Counted from the first letter of the stretch, positions 9,243 to 17,790 are shown. The stretch is 32,000 nucleotides of DNA from Verrucomicrobiota bacterium (GCA_021294815.2 CP095464.1:630001-662000), one strand, 5' to 3'. Numbers and translations are program-made. Notes: generated by a model from the sequence alone, not told the origin.

Positions 9243-10166
9243 ATGAAAAAATTATTAGCAATTGCAGGCGGTTTGTTGATCGGAAGCGGCGCGTATGCGG
9301 AGTTTGAGATGCCGGCGCTTAGCATTAACTCGAGCATCAAATTCGAAACCGCGGATGTCAGCGAAGGTACGCGTTCGATGGATCAAAACTTCAAGCCAAG
9401 CGTGGAGGTTGGGCTTCCGCTCTTTGGGAAGAGTGATCTGTATGTTGGCGTTGATTCAACCTTAGCGACAAATCGCAAAAAAGGACAGAGTAATGAAGTA
9501 TCCCCTTATATCGGTTTCTCTTATGACATCACCGACATGTTTACTTTGGATCTCGGCTATCAGTTCTCCCGGAAAACCTCGGTAAAGGACGATAATCGCG
9601 GTGAGAAAGAGAAGTTCGAAGCAGATGCCAAGAAGGATGGTGTTGTCATAACGGATCAGATGAGGAAGAAACTTGACGGCGAGCTGCCGAAGGCGAATTT
9701 TCACAAGATCTACGTCGGCGTGATGGCGGATGTTTTGATGCGGCCTTCAGTTTACTTCGAGTATGATACAACGCAGAAGAAGGCGAATATCGAGGGTGCA
9801 GTTGGTTATACTTTGGATCTCGTTAACTTCGGTGCTGGTGGTCTGGGGATTGACCTGGGCGCGAAGGTCGGGTTCAGTCATGCGAAAGATGTTGACGGAA
9901 TTAAGCGAGGAATGTGGGATTCTTTGATTAAGGGACAGGCGATTGAGAAGGAGAAAGGGAAAAAGGTAGAGTGGCTTGACTGCAAAAAGAACTGGTTCTA
10001 TGCTGGAGCGAATGCGGATTTGGTGTACTCGTTGAACGAAAATGCCAAGGCGCGTGCGGGTGTTGCGTTTACGTTTAACAATGCCAAGAAGGACGATTAC
10101 AAGAATAGTATGAATCGTTCGAAGCACAACGTTTGGTTTTCTTCGGCGATGGAGTTTTCGTTCTAG
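9243..10166 (+). CDS. outer-membrane beta-barrel protein
   Basis: 307 aa. Signal peptide MKKLLAIAGGLLIGSGAYA/EF. Alternating hydrophobic beta-strand pattern (YVGVDSTL, YIGFSYDI, FTLDLGYQF, YVGVMADV, GVAFTFN). C-terminal ...WFSSAMEFSF ends in Phe as in OMPs. Followed by an intrinsic terminator. Confidence 0.75.
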   Translation: MKKLLAIAGGLLIGSGAYAEFEMPALSINSSIKFETADVSEGTRSMDQNFKPSVEVGLPLFGKSDLYVGVDSTLATNRKKGQSNEVSPYIGFSYDITDMFTLDLGYQFSRKTSVKDDNRGEKEKFEADAKKDGVVITDQMRKKLDGELPKANFHKIYVGVMADVLMRPSVYFEYDTTQKKANIEGAVGYTLDLVNFGAGGLGIDLGAKVGFSHAKDVDGIKRGMWDSLIKGQAIEKEKGKKVEWLDCKKNWFYAGANADLVYSLNENAKARAGVAFTFNNAKKDDYKNSMNRSKHNVWFSSAMEFSF

Positions 10167-10192
10167 GGAGTTTGTAGTGATTTAATCATGTG

Positions 10193-10222
10193 AAGCGGGT
10201 CGTAGCCCGCTTTTTTATTTTT
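10193..10222 (+). terminator. rho-independent terminator downstream of the OMP gene
   Basis: AAGCGGG (10193..10199), TCGTAG loop, CCCGCTT (10206..10212), running into TTTTTTATTTTT. This is a 7-bp GC-rich stem with a U-tract, 27 nt after the stop codon. Confidence 0.8.
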
Positions 10223-10299
10223 ACATAGCGCTTTGGCCGTTTTACGTGTCATGGACATTTAACTTGCTTTAGGGGGCGTGTTTTTTACCCTTATCCGCA

Positions 10300-12837
10300 A
10301 TGGAGTCGCTGAATTTTACACCGCGATCGCAACAGATCCTTGTTTTTGCCCGCCAAGCCGCAGACAAGATGCACAATAGCTATGTGGGTACGGAGCACAT
10401 TTTGATCGGTATTGTCGAGTTAGGGCAAGGGATCGCTGTGAATGTCCTTAAGCGCCTTGGAGTGGCCCTTGGTGTGATCCGCGAGCGTGTCCAAAAGCGC
10501 ATTACGGAGGAGGTCGGAGAGCGGCGGCGTTCGGCGATGGTTCTATCGGATCACGTACCGTTTACACCGCGAGTGAAAAAGGTGCTTATTTTTGCGGCCA
10601 ATGAGGCACGGTCGTTACAGCATCCCTATATCGGTACCGAGCACCTCTTATTGGGGATTTTGAGGGAGGGTGGTGGTGTTGCCGCCGAAGTGCTCCATGA
10701 TCTCGGTGTCGATATCGAACGTTGTCGACAAGAAGTACTAGAGGAATTAGATCCCAATTTTGCGAGTTCCAGTGCTCCCGAAGAATCAACGTCAGAAGAG
10801 CCGGAATCAAGTGAAGGATTATTGTCGGAAGAGTTTAAAGTGCGTGATCGTCCGGGAGTAAAAATGACAGCATTACGGGCATTTGGGCGAGATTTAACCG
10901 CATTAGCACGGGATGGGGAATTAGACCCCGTGATTGGGCGCGCAAAGGAGATTGAGCGGACAATCCAGGTGCTTTGCCGTCGGACGAAAAATAATCCCGC
11001 GCTCATTGGTGAGGCAGGTGTTGGAAAGACCGCAATTGTTGAGGGATTAGCGCAGGCGATCGCGAGCGAAAATGTCCCAGATGTGTTACTCAATAAAAAG
11101 GTAATTTCATTGGATTTGGCGCTCATGGTGGCGGGAACGAAGTACCGCGGGCAATTTGAAGAACGGCTTAAAGCGGTCATGGATGAGGTGAAACGTGCCC
11201 AAAATGTGATCCTATTTTTGGATGAACTGCATACGATTGTGGGTGCCGGATCTTCGGAAGGGGCAATGGATGCCTCCAATATTTTAAAACCTGCACTATC
11301 ACGGGGGGAGATCCAGTGTATTGGTGCGACAACGCTAACAGAGTATCGGAAAAACATCGAGAAAGATGCGGCATTAGAGCGACGCTTTCAAGCAATCCAG
11401 GTCGACCCGCCCTCACTTGAAGATGCGATCAAGATTCTCACGGGGATTAAGGGAAAGTACGAGGAATTTCACAACGTCAAATACGGGAAAGAGGTGATCG
11501 ATCTCGCAGTTCAGCTTTCCGACCGTTATATCAGTGGGCGATTTTTACCGGATAAGGCGATCGATGTTATCGATGAAGCGGGTGCGCGGGCACATATCGG
11601 CGCAATGAGTCTACCGCCACAGATTGAAAAGTTGTCGAAACGTATCGATGCGGTCTGTCGCGAAAAGGAGTCGGCAATTGCTGAACAAAAATTTGAAGAT
11701 GCGGCGAAGCTCCGTGATGAGGAGAAACGGATTCGGGAAGCGCGGGAAAAGGCACTCGAAAAGTGGCGCAGTGACCGTAAGGCGGCTTGTGTAAATATTA
11801 CCAAGGAGGATGTCTGCAAAATCGTCTCGGAGTGGACAAAAATCCCGCTGACCCGTGTTGAACAAACAGAGCGCGAGCGGTTATTAAAGATCGGTGAAAC
11901 ATTACGGTGTTCCGTTATTGGACAAGACGATGCGACGGAGGTCATTGCGCGGGCGCTTCGTCGTTCTCGGGCCGACCTGAAGGATCCACAACGGCCGATT
12001 GGTGCATTTCTATTTCTAGGTCCCACCGGTGTCGGTAAAACGCATCTCGCAAAGGTGTTGGCTGTGACGATGTTTGGTAACAGCGACGCATTGATCCAAG
12101 TCGATATGTCCGAATACATGGAAAAGTTCGCGGTCTCGCGTATGATTGGTTCACCTCCTGGGTATGTAGGGCACGAAGATGGAGGGCAACTCACTGAGCA
12201 GGTGCGCCGGAAGCCGTACTCGGTGATCCTTTTTGATGAGGTTGAAAAGGCACACCCCGACGTTTTGCAGATCCTACTTCAGGTGATGGAGGATGGGCGG
12301 CTTACGGATAGCGTAGGACGGCGTGTTGATTTCAAAAACACAATTCTCGTTATGACATCCAATGTTGGGGCAGAACTGCTCCAGAAGGGGACTTCGCTTG
12401 GGTTTACACAACATAGTGCTGTTGATTTTGAGCAGCTCAAAGAGAAGATCCAGGAGGAGGCAAAGCGGGCTTTTAAGCCGGAATTTTTGAATCGTTTAAC
12501 CGATGTCGTAATCTTTAAGCCATTGGAACATGATGAGCTCGTCAAGATCGTTGATCTCGAGTTCCAAAAGATCGATGGCCGTATGCGAAAGAAGAAAATA
12601 TCGCTCGATATTGGCGAGGACGTCCGGGAGTTTTTGATTAAAAAGGGTTACGATCAAAAGTACGGCGCACGACCGCTTCGCCGGGCGATTGAAAAGTACG
12701 TTGAAGATTTTCTAGCAGAAGAGTTTCTAAAAGGAGGATTGAAAGAAGGCTATCACTTTAAGCTCGATCTCGGCGAGGGAGACCAGGTGGCGATTGCATC
12801 CCGTAGAAAATTGCAAAAAACGCCGAAAAAGTCGTAA
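10300..12837 (+). CDS. clpC: ATP-dependent Clp protease ATP-binding subunit ClpC
   Basis: 845 aa. Duplicated Clp_N repeats (YVGTEHILIGI / YIGTEHLLLGI). Two AAA+ modules (GEAGVGKTAIVEGLA with LFLDELH; GPTGVGKTHLAKVLA with ILFDEVEKAH). UVR-like middle motif EQKFEDAAKLRDEEKRIRE. Confidence 0.95.
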   Translation: MESLNFTPRSQQILVFARQAADKMHNSYVGTEHILIGIVELGQGIAVNVLKRLGVALGVIRERVQKRITEEVGERRRSAMVLSDHVPFTPRVKKVLIFAANEARSLQHPYIGTEHLLLGILREGGGVAAEVLHDLGVDIERCRQEVLEELDPNFASSSAPEESTSEEPESSEGLLSEEFKVRDRPGVKMTALRAFGRDLTALARDGELDPVIGRAKEIERTIQVLCRRTKNNPALIGEAGVGKTAIVEGLAQAIASENVPDVLLNKKVISLDLALMVAGTKYRGQFEERLKAVMDEVKRAQNVILFLDELHTIVGAGSSEGAMDASNILKPALSRGEIQCIGATTLTEYRKNIEKDAALERRFQAIQVDPPSLEDAIKILTGIKGKYEEFHNVKYGKEVIDLAVQLSDRYISGRFLPDKAIDVIDEAGARAHIGAMSLPPQIEKLSKRIDAVCREKESAIAEQKFEDAAKLRDEEKRIREAREKALEKWRSDRKAACVNITKEDVCKIVSEWTKIPLTRVEQTERERLLKIGETLRCSVIGQDDATEVIARALRRSRADLKDPQRPIGAFLFLGPTGVGKTHLAKVLAVTMFGNSDALIQVDMSEYMEKFAVSRMIGSPPGYVGHEDGGQLTEQVRRKPYSVILFDEVEKAHPDVLQILLQVMEDGRLTDSVGRRVDFKNTILVMTSNVGAELLQKGTSLGFTQHSAVDFEQLKEKIQEEAKRAFKPEFLNRLTDVVIFKPLEHDELVKIVDLEFQKIDGRMRKKKISLDIGEDVREFLIKKGYDQKYGARPLRRAIEKYVEDFLAEEFLKGGLKEGYHFKLDLGEGDQVAIASRRKLQKTPKKS

Positions 12838-12892
12838 TTTTATCGTGCTCCGCGCTTGACAATAAGGGCGATTCGAATTGGCTTTGGGCCCT

Positions 12893-13042
12893 ATGAAGCC
12901 CACGTACAATCCGTCAAAGTTGAAGCGGGCGCGGAAGTTCGGGTTCCGCGCGCGGATGAAGACCTCTGGAGGGCGGAAGGTCCTGGCGAGCCGTCGACGT
13001 AAGGGGCGCGCAAAATTATCCGCAAGTGTTCCTCGATTCTAG
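12893..13042 (+). CDS. rpmH: 50S ribosomal protein L34
   Basis: Not in the ORF track (49 aa). Hand translation: [49 protein letters not shown], ending at TAG 13040..13042. This is the classic L34 sequence, in the conserved position immediately upstream of rnpA. Confidence 0.93.
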   Translation: MKPTYNPSKLKRARKFGFRARMKTSGGRKVLASRRRKGRAKLSASVPRF

Positions 13043-13044
13043 CA

Positions 13045-14028
13045 ATGCGCTTTCGGGCGTGCCAACATATCCGGCGCCAAGCTGATTTTGAGCGGCTACG
13101 TTCGGAGGGTGTTTTAAAAAACGCCCCCGGTTTTTTTGTAAAAACCAAAAGAAATCTAGAGCAGAAGTTTCCTCGATTTGCGGTTATTGTTGGCAAAAAG
13201 GTAGGAGCGGCACACGGGCGCAATCGAATCAAGCGTCTATTTCGAGCGATTTTTCGCTTGGAGCAGTCGCGGTTAGATCCGCACAGCGACTATTTGGTGA
13301 TTGTGCGTAGGGGAATCCATGTAAGTTATGAAAAACTACAGCGTCAATTTTTAACACTATGTGCCTCGCATCATTTTTTAACCATTGCGATTGATGGAGC
13401 AGCGGCTTCTGGAAAATCAACTGTTGCCTGCTCCTTAGCCAAACGTCTGCGTTTGATGAATGTCAATACGGGGGAGCAGTACCGATCCGTAGTGTGTTAT
13501 CTAAAAACGCAGGGTATTGAAGATCCTGATGATCCACGGATTGCCGAAATAATCAACTGCCTGCATTTTGGGGTTCAGTGTGATTTAATTTCTGCACATA
13601 TAACGATTAACAAAAAAATTTTCCCTGAAGCAGTACTCAGATCGGCTTGGGTGAATGAACACATTTCACGTTTTGCTAAACAGCCACTTTTAAGAGAAAA
13701 GCTTAAAGCATATCAACAAAGTTTAATTCAGGAGGCTCGAGCGCGTTGTTTTGCGGGGATCGTGATGGAAGGGCGCGATATCGGTTCTGTGATTATGCCA
13801 GATGCAAGTATAAAAATATTTCTAACAGCAGATCCTGCAATCCGAGCACAACGAAGGAATCAAGAGGCTGAAGGGGATTCTGTTCAAAAACGCGATGAGG
13901 CAGATCAATTTACAGCGGCTCCCGATGCGATTGTCATTGATACTTCCCATAAGATGCTCGAGGAGGTCCAAAACCAAATTTTAGAACTACTGCATCCGTC
14001 GTTGGGGAATGAGAAAGTAAAAGCCTAA
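13045..14028 (+). CDS. rnpA/cmk: RNase P protein component fused in frame to cytidylate kinase
   Basis: Single 327-aa ORF. Residues 1-~110 carry the RnpA RNR motif (VGAAHGRNRIKRLFRAIFR). Residues ~113-327 are Cmk (IAIDGAAASGKSTVA P-loop, NTGEQYRSV, VMEGRDIGSVIMPDASIKIFLTADPAIRAQRR, AIVIDTS). No stop and no canonical start between the two parts. Confidence 0.85.
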   Translation: MRFRACQHIRRQADFERLRSEGVLKNAPGFFVKTKRNLEQKFPRFAVIVGKKVGAAHGRNRIKRLFRAIFRLEQSRLDPHSDYLVIVRRGIHVSYEKLQRQFLTLCASHHFLTIAIDGAAASGKSTVACSLAKRLRLMNVNTGEQYRSVVCYLKTQGIEDPDDPRIAEIINCLHFGVQCDLISAHITINKKIFPEAVLRSAWVNEHISRFAKQPLLREKLKAYQQSLIQEARARCFAGIVMEGRDIGSVIMPDASIKIFLTADPAIRAQRRNQEAEGDSVQKRDEADQFTAAPDAIVIDTSHKMLEEVQNQILELLHPSLGNEKVKA

Positions 14029-15243
14029 AATCGAAATTGCCACAAGGACGATCGACAAAATGCAAATCCCGTGCAGCGAAAAGGAGTGAGCGAGTAAAAA
14101 GTAGCCAAGAGAAGCTGCAATTGCATCGCGAAGACCCATAATTGCCATATCAAGACTGACGTAAGCACCAAGCTTTTCCGGTGAAGGAACAATTTTCGTA
14201 ACCCAAAGCTGCCAGGCCGTGAGATTGCCTCCATAACCAAGCCCTAAAAATACCGAAGAAAGCGCCAGGACCCAAAAGTTCGTCGAGAAAAAGAATAGAG
14301 GAATTCCCAGTAGAAACGCAGCATTGATGAGGATTTTCATTACCGCAAAATTTTGTGTATCAAAAATACGTCCCCAAAAAAAAGCACTCAAGATGCGTAC
14401 CGTCGTCGGAATCGTAATCATGAGCAACGCATAGTCGCTGTGAAGTACACAGAGCCCGTATTGCGGATTGGTGAGATATTCGATGCGGAGCGGGTAGGTC
14501 ATCTGGAAGGCAATGCTCATCAGCGACCAGAGTAGTAAAACAGCTGTGAATAGCCGATCGTGAAAGAGAATCGAGAGATTGGATCGTAGAAGCGATTGGG
14601 AATTGGCCGGTAAAACATGCCCATTGGGAATGTGTCGGAAAATCGCACTACAGAAAAAAGCCGCAAACGCTCCTAGTACAAAAATCCACCGGTAGTTGTT
14701 GAGATCGCGGTCCAAAATGCGACCAAAAACAATGCCTGAAATAACACTTGAAAGCGCAAGAATGGTGAACAGATAGCCAATAATTCGTCCTCGGCGTTTT
14801 TTCGGATAGTTGCGATTGTAAATGTCTGTCACAAAAGGCAGCGTCTGTTTGTAGAGAATTTTCGCGCAAACGATCGCAATTAAGAAAACGAGTCCGCAAT
14901 TAGCAACTGCTGAAACGACCAAGGCCATGCCGACTAGTGATAATAGGAGTGCAATGACGCGGTTTGTTACAAGGGCGATTGTTTTTGTGGTAAATAGCGC
15001 CAGGATGAGTGGCGATAAAGCCATACCAATGTAAGATGCCGACGCAATTAACCCCTTCGCATGGTTGCTCATCGAAAAGACACTGATCGCAACAACGGCA
15101 GCGTAATTTTTAAATTCGATGTCTAGAATGCCCTGAAGTACAAACCGTGGATGGTCAAGTAACAGCGTTCGCCGCTCAACCGGTGATGTTTTTTTAAGGA
15201 AATTATTTAAAAATCCCAATGGCTTATTGTTTTTGAGCAGCAT
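13987..15243 (-). CDS. MFS-type transporter
   Basis: 418 aa with about 12 hydrophobic helices in a 6+6 layout and a basic loop (YPKKRRGRIIGY) after an early helix pair, as in major facilitator proteins. The 3' end overlaps the cmk 3' end by 42 nt. Confidence 0.7.
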   Translation of the reverse strand: MLLKNNKPLGFLNNFLKKTSPVERRTLLLDHPRFVLQGILDIEFKNYAAVVAISVFSMSNHAKGLIASASYIGMALSPLILALFTTKTIALVTNRVIALLLSLVGMALVVSAVANCGLVFLIAIVCAKILYKQTLPFVTDIYNRNYPKKRRGRIIGYLFTILALSSVISGIVFGRILDRDLNNYRWIFVLGAFAAFFCSAIFRHIPNGHVLPANSQSLLRSNLSILFHDRLFTAVLLLWSLMSIAFQMTYPLRIEYLTNPQYGLCVLHSDYALLMITIPTTVRILSAFFWGRIFDTQNFAVMKILINAAFLLGIPLFFFSTNFWVLALSSVFLGLGYGGNLTAWQLWVTKIVPSPEKLGAYVSLDMAIMGLRDAIAASLGYFLLAHSFSLHGICILSIVLVAISILGFYFLIPQRRMQ

Positions 15244-15610
15244 CCGAAAATGAATGCTTCATCAATGCCCGAAACGTCGGTTCCTGGCGAATGGGATCGA
15301 GATCCGTATCGTCGCGCATCCACTGAACGTCGTTGTAACCTAATGCAATCGCCGTCTTAAGTGCATGCATCGCCTCGGGGACCTTTTTGTCTAGGGCATA
15401 ATCACACGCGAGATTGTAGTGCGCGACCGGATCAAGCGTATCGAGTTGAGCGTGTCGCCGATCCATACGAAAACTCTTTTGACGATTTCCTTGAATGGCG
15501 TAAAGGTGGCTGAGCATCCGCACGATGGCGAGATCATTTTTACGACGCCGGTAGAGTTTTTCGAAAAATTGGGTACAAAAACGCACATAACTGTCTTCAC
15601 AGTCCCCCAC
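15224..15610 (-). CDS. small TPR-like protein
   Basis: 128 aa. HYNLACDYALDKKVPEAMHALKTAIALGYNDVQWMRDDTDLDPIRQEPTFRALM matches the common C-terminal TPR cap pattern (YNLAC.YA...A...L..Al..G......l..D.DL..lR..p.F..Ll). GTG start is uncertain. Overlaps the MFS start by 20 nt. Confidence 0.5.
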   Translation of the reverse strand: MGDCEDSYVRFCTQFFEKLYRRRKNDLAIVRMLSHLYAIQGNRQKSFRMDRRHAQLDTLDPVAHYNLACDYALDKKVPEAMHALKTAIALGYNDVQWMRDDTDLDPIRQEPTFRALMKHSFSDAAQKQ

Positions 15611-15652
15611 GCCCTCTAGTCTCGCGATTTTTACGGAAACGCAAGCCCATAA

Positions 15653-16300
15653 TCAGATCTGCCGAACGTGTTCAAAGAGATAGTCGGCAGTGCGCTGGTA
15701 ATCTTTTTCAAATAGGTGGTATGTTTCGTAGGGCATGGGTGGACCTATAGTAATGCTGGGCGTATGGCAAATGTCGGGCCAAACGGTATTTTTCTTCAAA
15801 ATCTCAAAGGTTCCTGTAATGCGGACAGGGATAACCGGTGCCCGTGATTGGCAGGCTAAAAATCCCAACCCCGCCTGAGCTTTGCCCAATTGACCATCAA
15901 GCGATCGTGTACCTTCTGGAAAAATCACGAGTCCGAGCCCTCGTTTGAGAGCAGCGAGCGCTTGGCGAATAGCACGAATATCGCCCTGATGCTCCTTATC
16001 GACGGGGATTACATTGAGGCGCGAGAGAAGAAAATTTAAGAATCCAGCCTTAAAGAGGCTTTTTCGAGCCATAAACATCAACTCGCGCGAACGGAAAGCG
16101 CCCCCAATCAACGGTGGATCGAAATGGCTAAGGTGGTTTGGTGCAACAATGAAAGGGCCTGTTTTCGGAATGTTTTCCTCGCCGTAGAGTTTCCCGCGTA
16201 GCAGATTTTTAAAGACAAACCGGCTGGACAAAATCGTCGTTAGGTAACATGGATTCCACATGCGCCTCACTGTGTGGTTGATGAAGCGGACGTCAATCAT
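15653..16300 (-). CDS. plsC: 1-acyl-sn-glycerol-3-phosphate acyltransferase
   Basis: 215 aa. Acyltransferase motif I APNHLSHFDPP (HX4D) and motif III FPEGTRS. Confidence 0.88.
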   Translation of the reverse strand: MIDVRFINHTVRRMWNPCYLTTILSSRFVFKNLLRGKLYGEENIPKTGPFIVAPNHLSHFDPPLIGGAFRSRELMFMARKSLFKAGFLNFLLSRLNVIPVDKEHQGDIRAIRQALAALKRGLGLVIFPEGTRSLDGQLGKAQAGLGFLACQSRAPVIPVRITGTFEILKKNTVWPDICHTPSITIGPPMPYETYHLFEKDYQRTADYLFEHVRQI

Positions 16301-16346
16301 GTCAAATTAACATAGCATTATTACGTGGGTGTTTTATAAGTAAGAT

Positions 16347-16937
16347 ATGCCAAATGATCGTAACCAAATGCCACAAAATGTACTCTTTCTTCGTGATCGA
16401 CAGGAATTTCGGCGTTGGTTGACGGAGCATCATAACAGCGCTTTGGAGTGTTGGGTTTCCGTCAAGCGGGGTTTCCCTAAGGATGAAGCAAATCTTGGGT
16501 ACCTAGATGCACTCGAAGAGGCGCTTTGTTTTGGCTGGATCGATAGTGTGGTTAAAAAATTTTCCGAGTTTGGAGTGTTGCAGCGGATGTTGCCACGGAG
16601 ACCCCGTAGCCAATGGTCCGAGCTCAATAAGGAACGTTGTCGCCGGCTTGAAAAGCTCGGCAGGATGAGGCCTGCGGGACGTGCTGCTTTACCGGATCTG
16701 TCCAACTGCTTCGTGATCGACGAGGATGTGTTGGATGCCTTAAAACAAGACCCGATAATTTGGCGCAATTTTCAAAACTTTCCGCCGCTGTATCAGCGTG
16801 TTCGCATCGATGTCATTCAGCGTGTCAAAAAGCAAAAACCACTCTTTGAAGCCCGCCTTGCTCGTTTTTTAGAAAAAACACGCCAAAATATTCTCTATGG
16901 CGAATGGAACGACCGCGGCAGATTGCTAGAATATTGA
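16347..16937 (+). CDS. YdeI/OmpD-associated family protein
   Basis: 196 aa. EFRRWLTEHHNS..CWVS..., LDALEEALCFGWIDSV and PRRPRSQWSELNKERCRRLEKLGRMRPAG follow the YdeI-family pattern as I remember it. Confidence 0.65.
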   Translation: MPNDRNQMPQNVLFLRDRQEFRRWLTEHHNSALECWVSVKRGFPKDEANLGYLDALEEALCFGWIDSVVKKFSEFGVLQRMLPRRPRSQWSELNKERCRRLEKLGRMRPAGRAALPDLSNCFVIDEDVLDALKQDPIIWRNFQNFPPLYQRVRIDVIQRVKKQKPLFEARLARFLEKTRQNILYGEWNDRGRLLEY

Positions 16938-16989
16938 ATAAAGGGACAGCAGTCTCCGGAAACGCACTCCAAAAAGGCCTTGGAATGAT

Positions 16990-17065
16990 TGGTGGAGTTG
17001 ATCGGATTCGAACCGACGACCTCGTCGTTGCGAACGACGCGCTCTACCAGCTAAGCTACAACCCC
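16990..17065 (-). tRNA. tRNA-Ala (anticodon CGC), CCA encoded
   Basis: Reverse complement GGGGTTGTAGCTTAGCTGGTAGAGCGCGTCGTTCGCAACGACGAGGTCGTCGGTTCGAATCCGATCAACTCCACCA folds as a cloverleaf. The anticodon loop TTCGCAA gives CGC, and the G3:U70 alanine identity pair is present. 76 nt. Confidence 0.93.
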
Positions 17066-17186
17066 GAAGTAGCGCGAACATCGCAAACCGCGTACTTTTG
17101 TCAAGACGTGAATCGAGAAGGGGTGTTGTCAAAAAAGGTTGCCCCCAATGAATCTTTCCTCATCCTCAAGGCCTTCTAGTCTACGA

Positions 17187-17783
17187 ATGGTCAATATCCG
17201 CTCTAAAAGTAACCGCTCGCGTACACCCCGAGGGCCCAAAATTTCGGTCCGATGCAACGAGGCGATTCGTGCGCCCGAGGTCCGCCTTATCGACGCCGAT
17301 GGGACAATGCTTGGGATCTTTCCCGTCGAAGGTGCGCGGATGCAAGCCCGCCAAGCCGGACTTGACCTTATCGAGATTAGCGCTAACGCGACGCCGCCAG
17401 TATGCCGTATTGCTGACTTTGGAAAGTTCCAGTACGAGATCACAAAAAAGAAAAAAGTCACAAAGCCGTCGACCAATAAGGTAAAGGAAGTTAAGTTTCG
17501 CTTCTGTACGGAGACGCACGATTATGAAACCAAAGTCCGCCATATCATTGTATTTTTGGGCGAAGGCAATAAGGTAAAGATATCGGTATTTTTCCGAGGA
17601 CGAGAGATGAACCAGACGCAACTCGGGTTTGAGCTTGTTAGTAAATTGACGGCCGATTTGGCGCCATACGCGACGCTCGATGCTGAGGCGAAACTTGTTG
17701 GACGTAATATTACAGCGACTTACTCTCCATTGAAAAATTTAAAGCAAAAGCAACAGGCGAAAAGTCCTCCACCTGCGGAATAG
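17187..17783 (+). CDS. infC: translation initiation factor IF-3
   Basis: RCNEAIRAPEVRLIDADGTMLGI, AGLDLIEISANATPPVCRIADFGKFQYE, EVKFRFCTETHDYETKV and VFFRGREM parallel E. coli IF-3 along its whole length. The start is ambiguous: TTG 17139, ATG 17148, ATG 17187, or ATT 17241 preceded by GAGGG (see findings). Confidence 0.92.
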   Translation: MVNIRSKSNRSRTPRGPKISVRCNEAIRAPEVRLIDADGTMLGIFPVEGARMQARQAGLDLIEISANATPPVCRIADFGKFQYEITKKKKVTKPSTNKVKEVKFRFCTETHDYETKVRHIIVFLGEGNKVKISVFFRGREMNQTQLGFELVSKLTADLAPYATLDAEAKLVGRNITATYSPLKNLKQKQQAKSPPPAE

Positions 17784-17790
17784 CCAGACG

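Noticed and set aside
10223-10299. Looked for CtsR (GGTCAAA repeats) or CIRCE (TTAGCACTC-N9-GAGTGCTAA) operators upstream of clpC
   Set aside because: Neither motif, nor any good dyad, is present in this interval.
10750-10857. Acidic Ser/Glu-rich segment (DPNFASSSAPEESTSEEPESSEGLLSEEF...) between the ClpC N-domain and the first AAA module
   Set aside because: Low-complexity linkers of variable length at this position are common in ClpC/ClpB-type proteins, so it is not evidence of a novel domain.
10626-12194. Two long antisense ORFs inside clpC (10626..11357, 243 aa; 11526..12194, 222 aa)
   Set aside because: They lie entirely inside a strongly supported clpC frame and are Ser/Arg/Pro/Ala-rich low-complexity translations typical of the antisense frame of a coding region. 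No start context or motifs.
17129-17621. Antisense ORFs opposite infC (17129..17476 and 17181..17621)
   Set aside because: The infC frame matches IF-3 over its full length, and the antisense ORFs have no motifs and arginine-rich composition.
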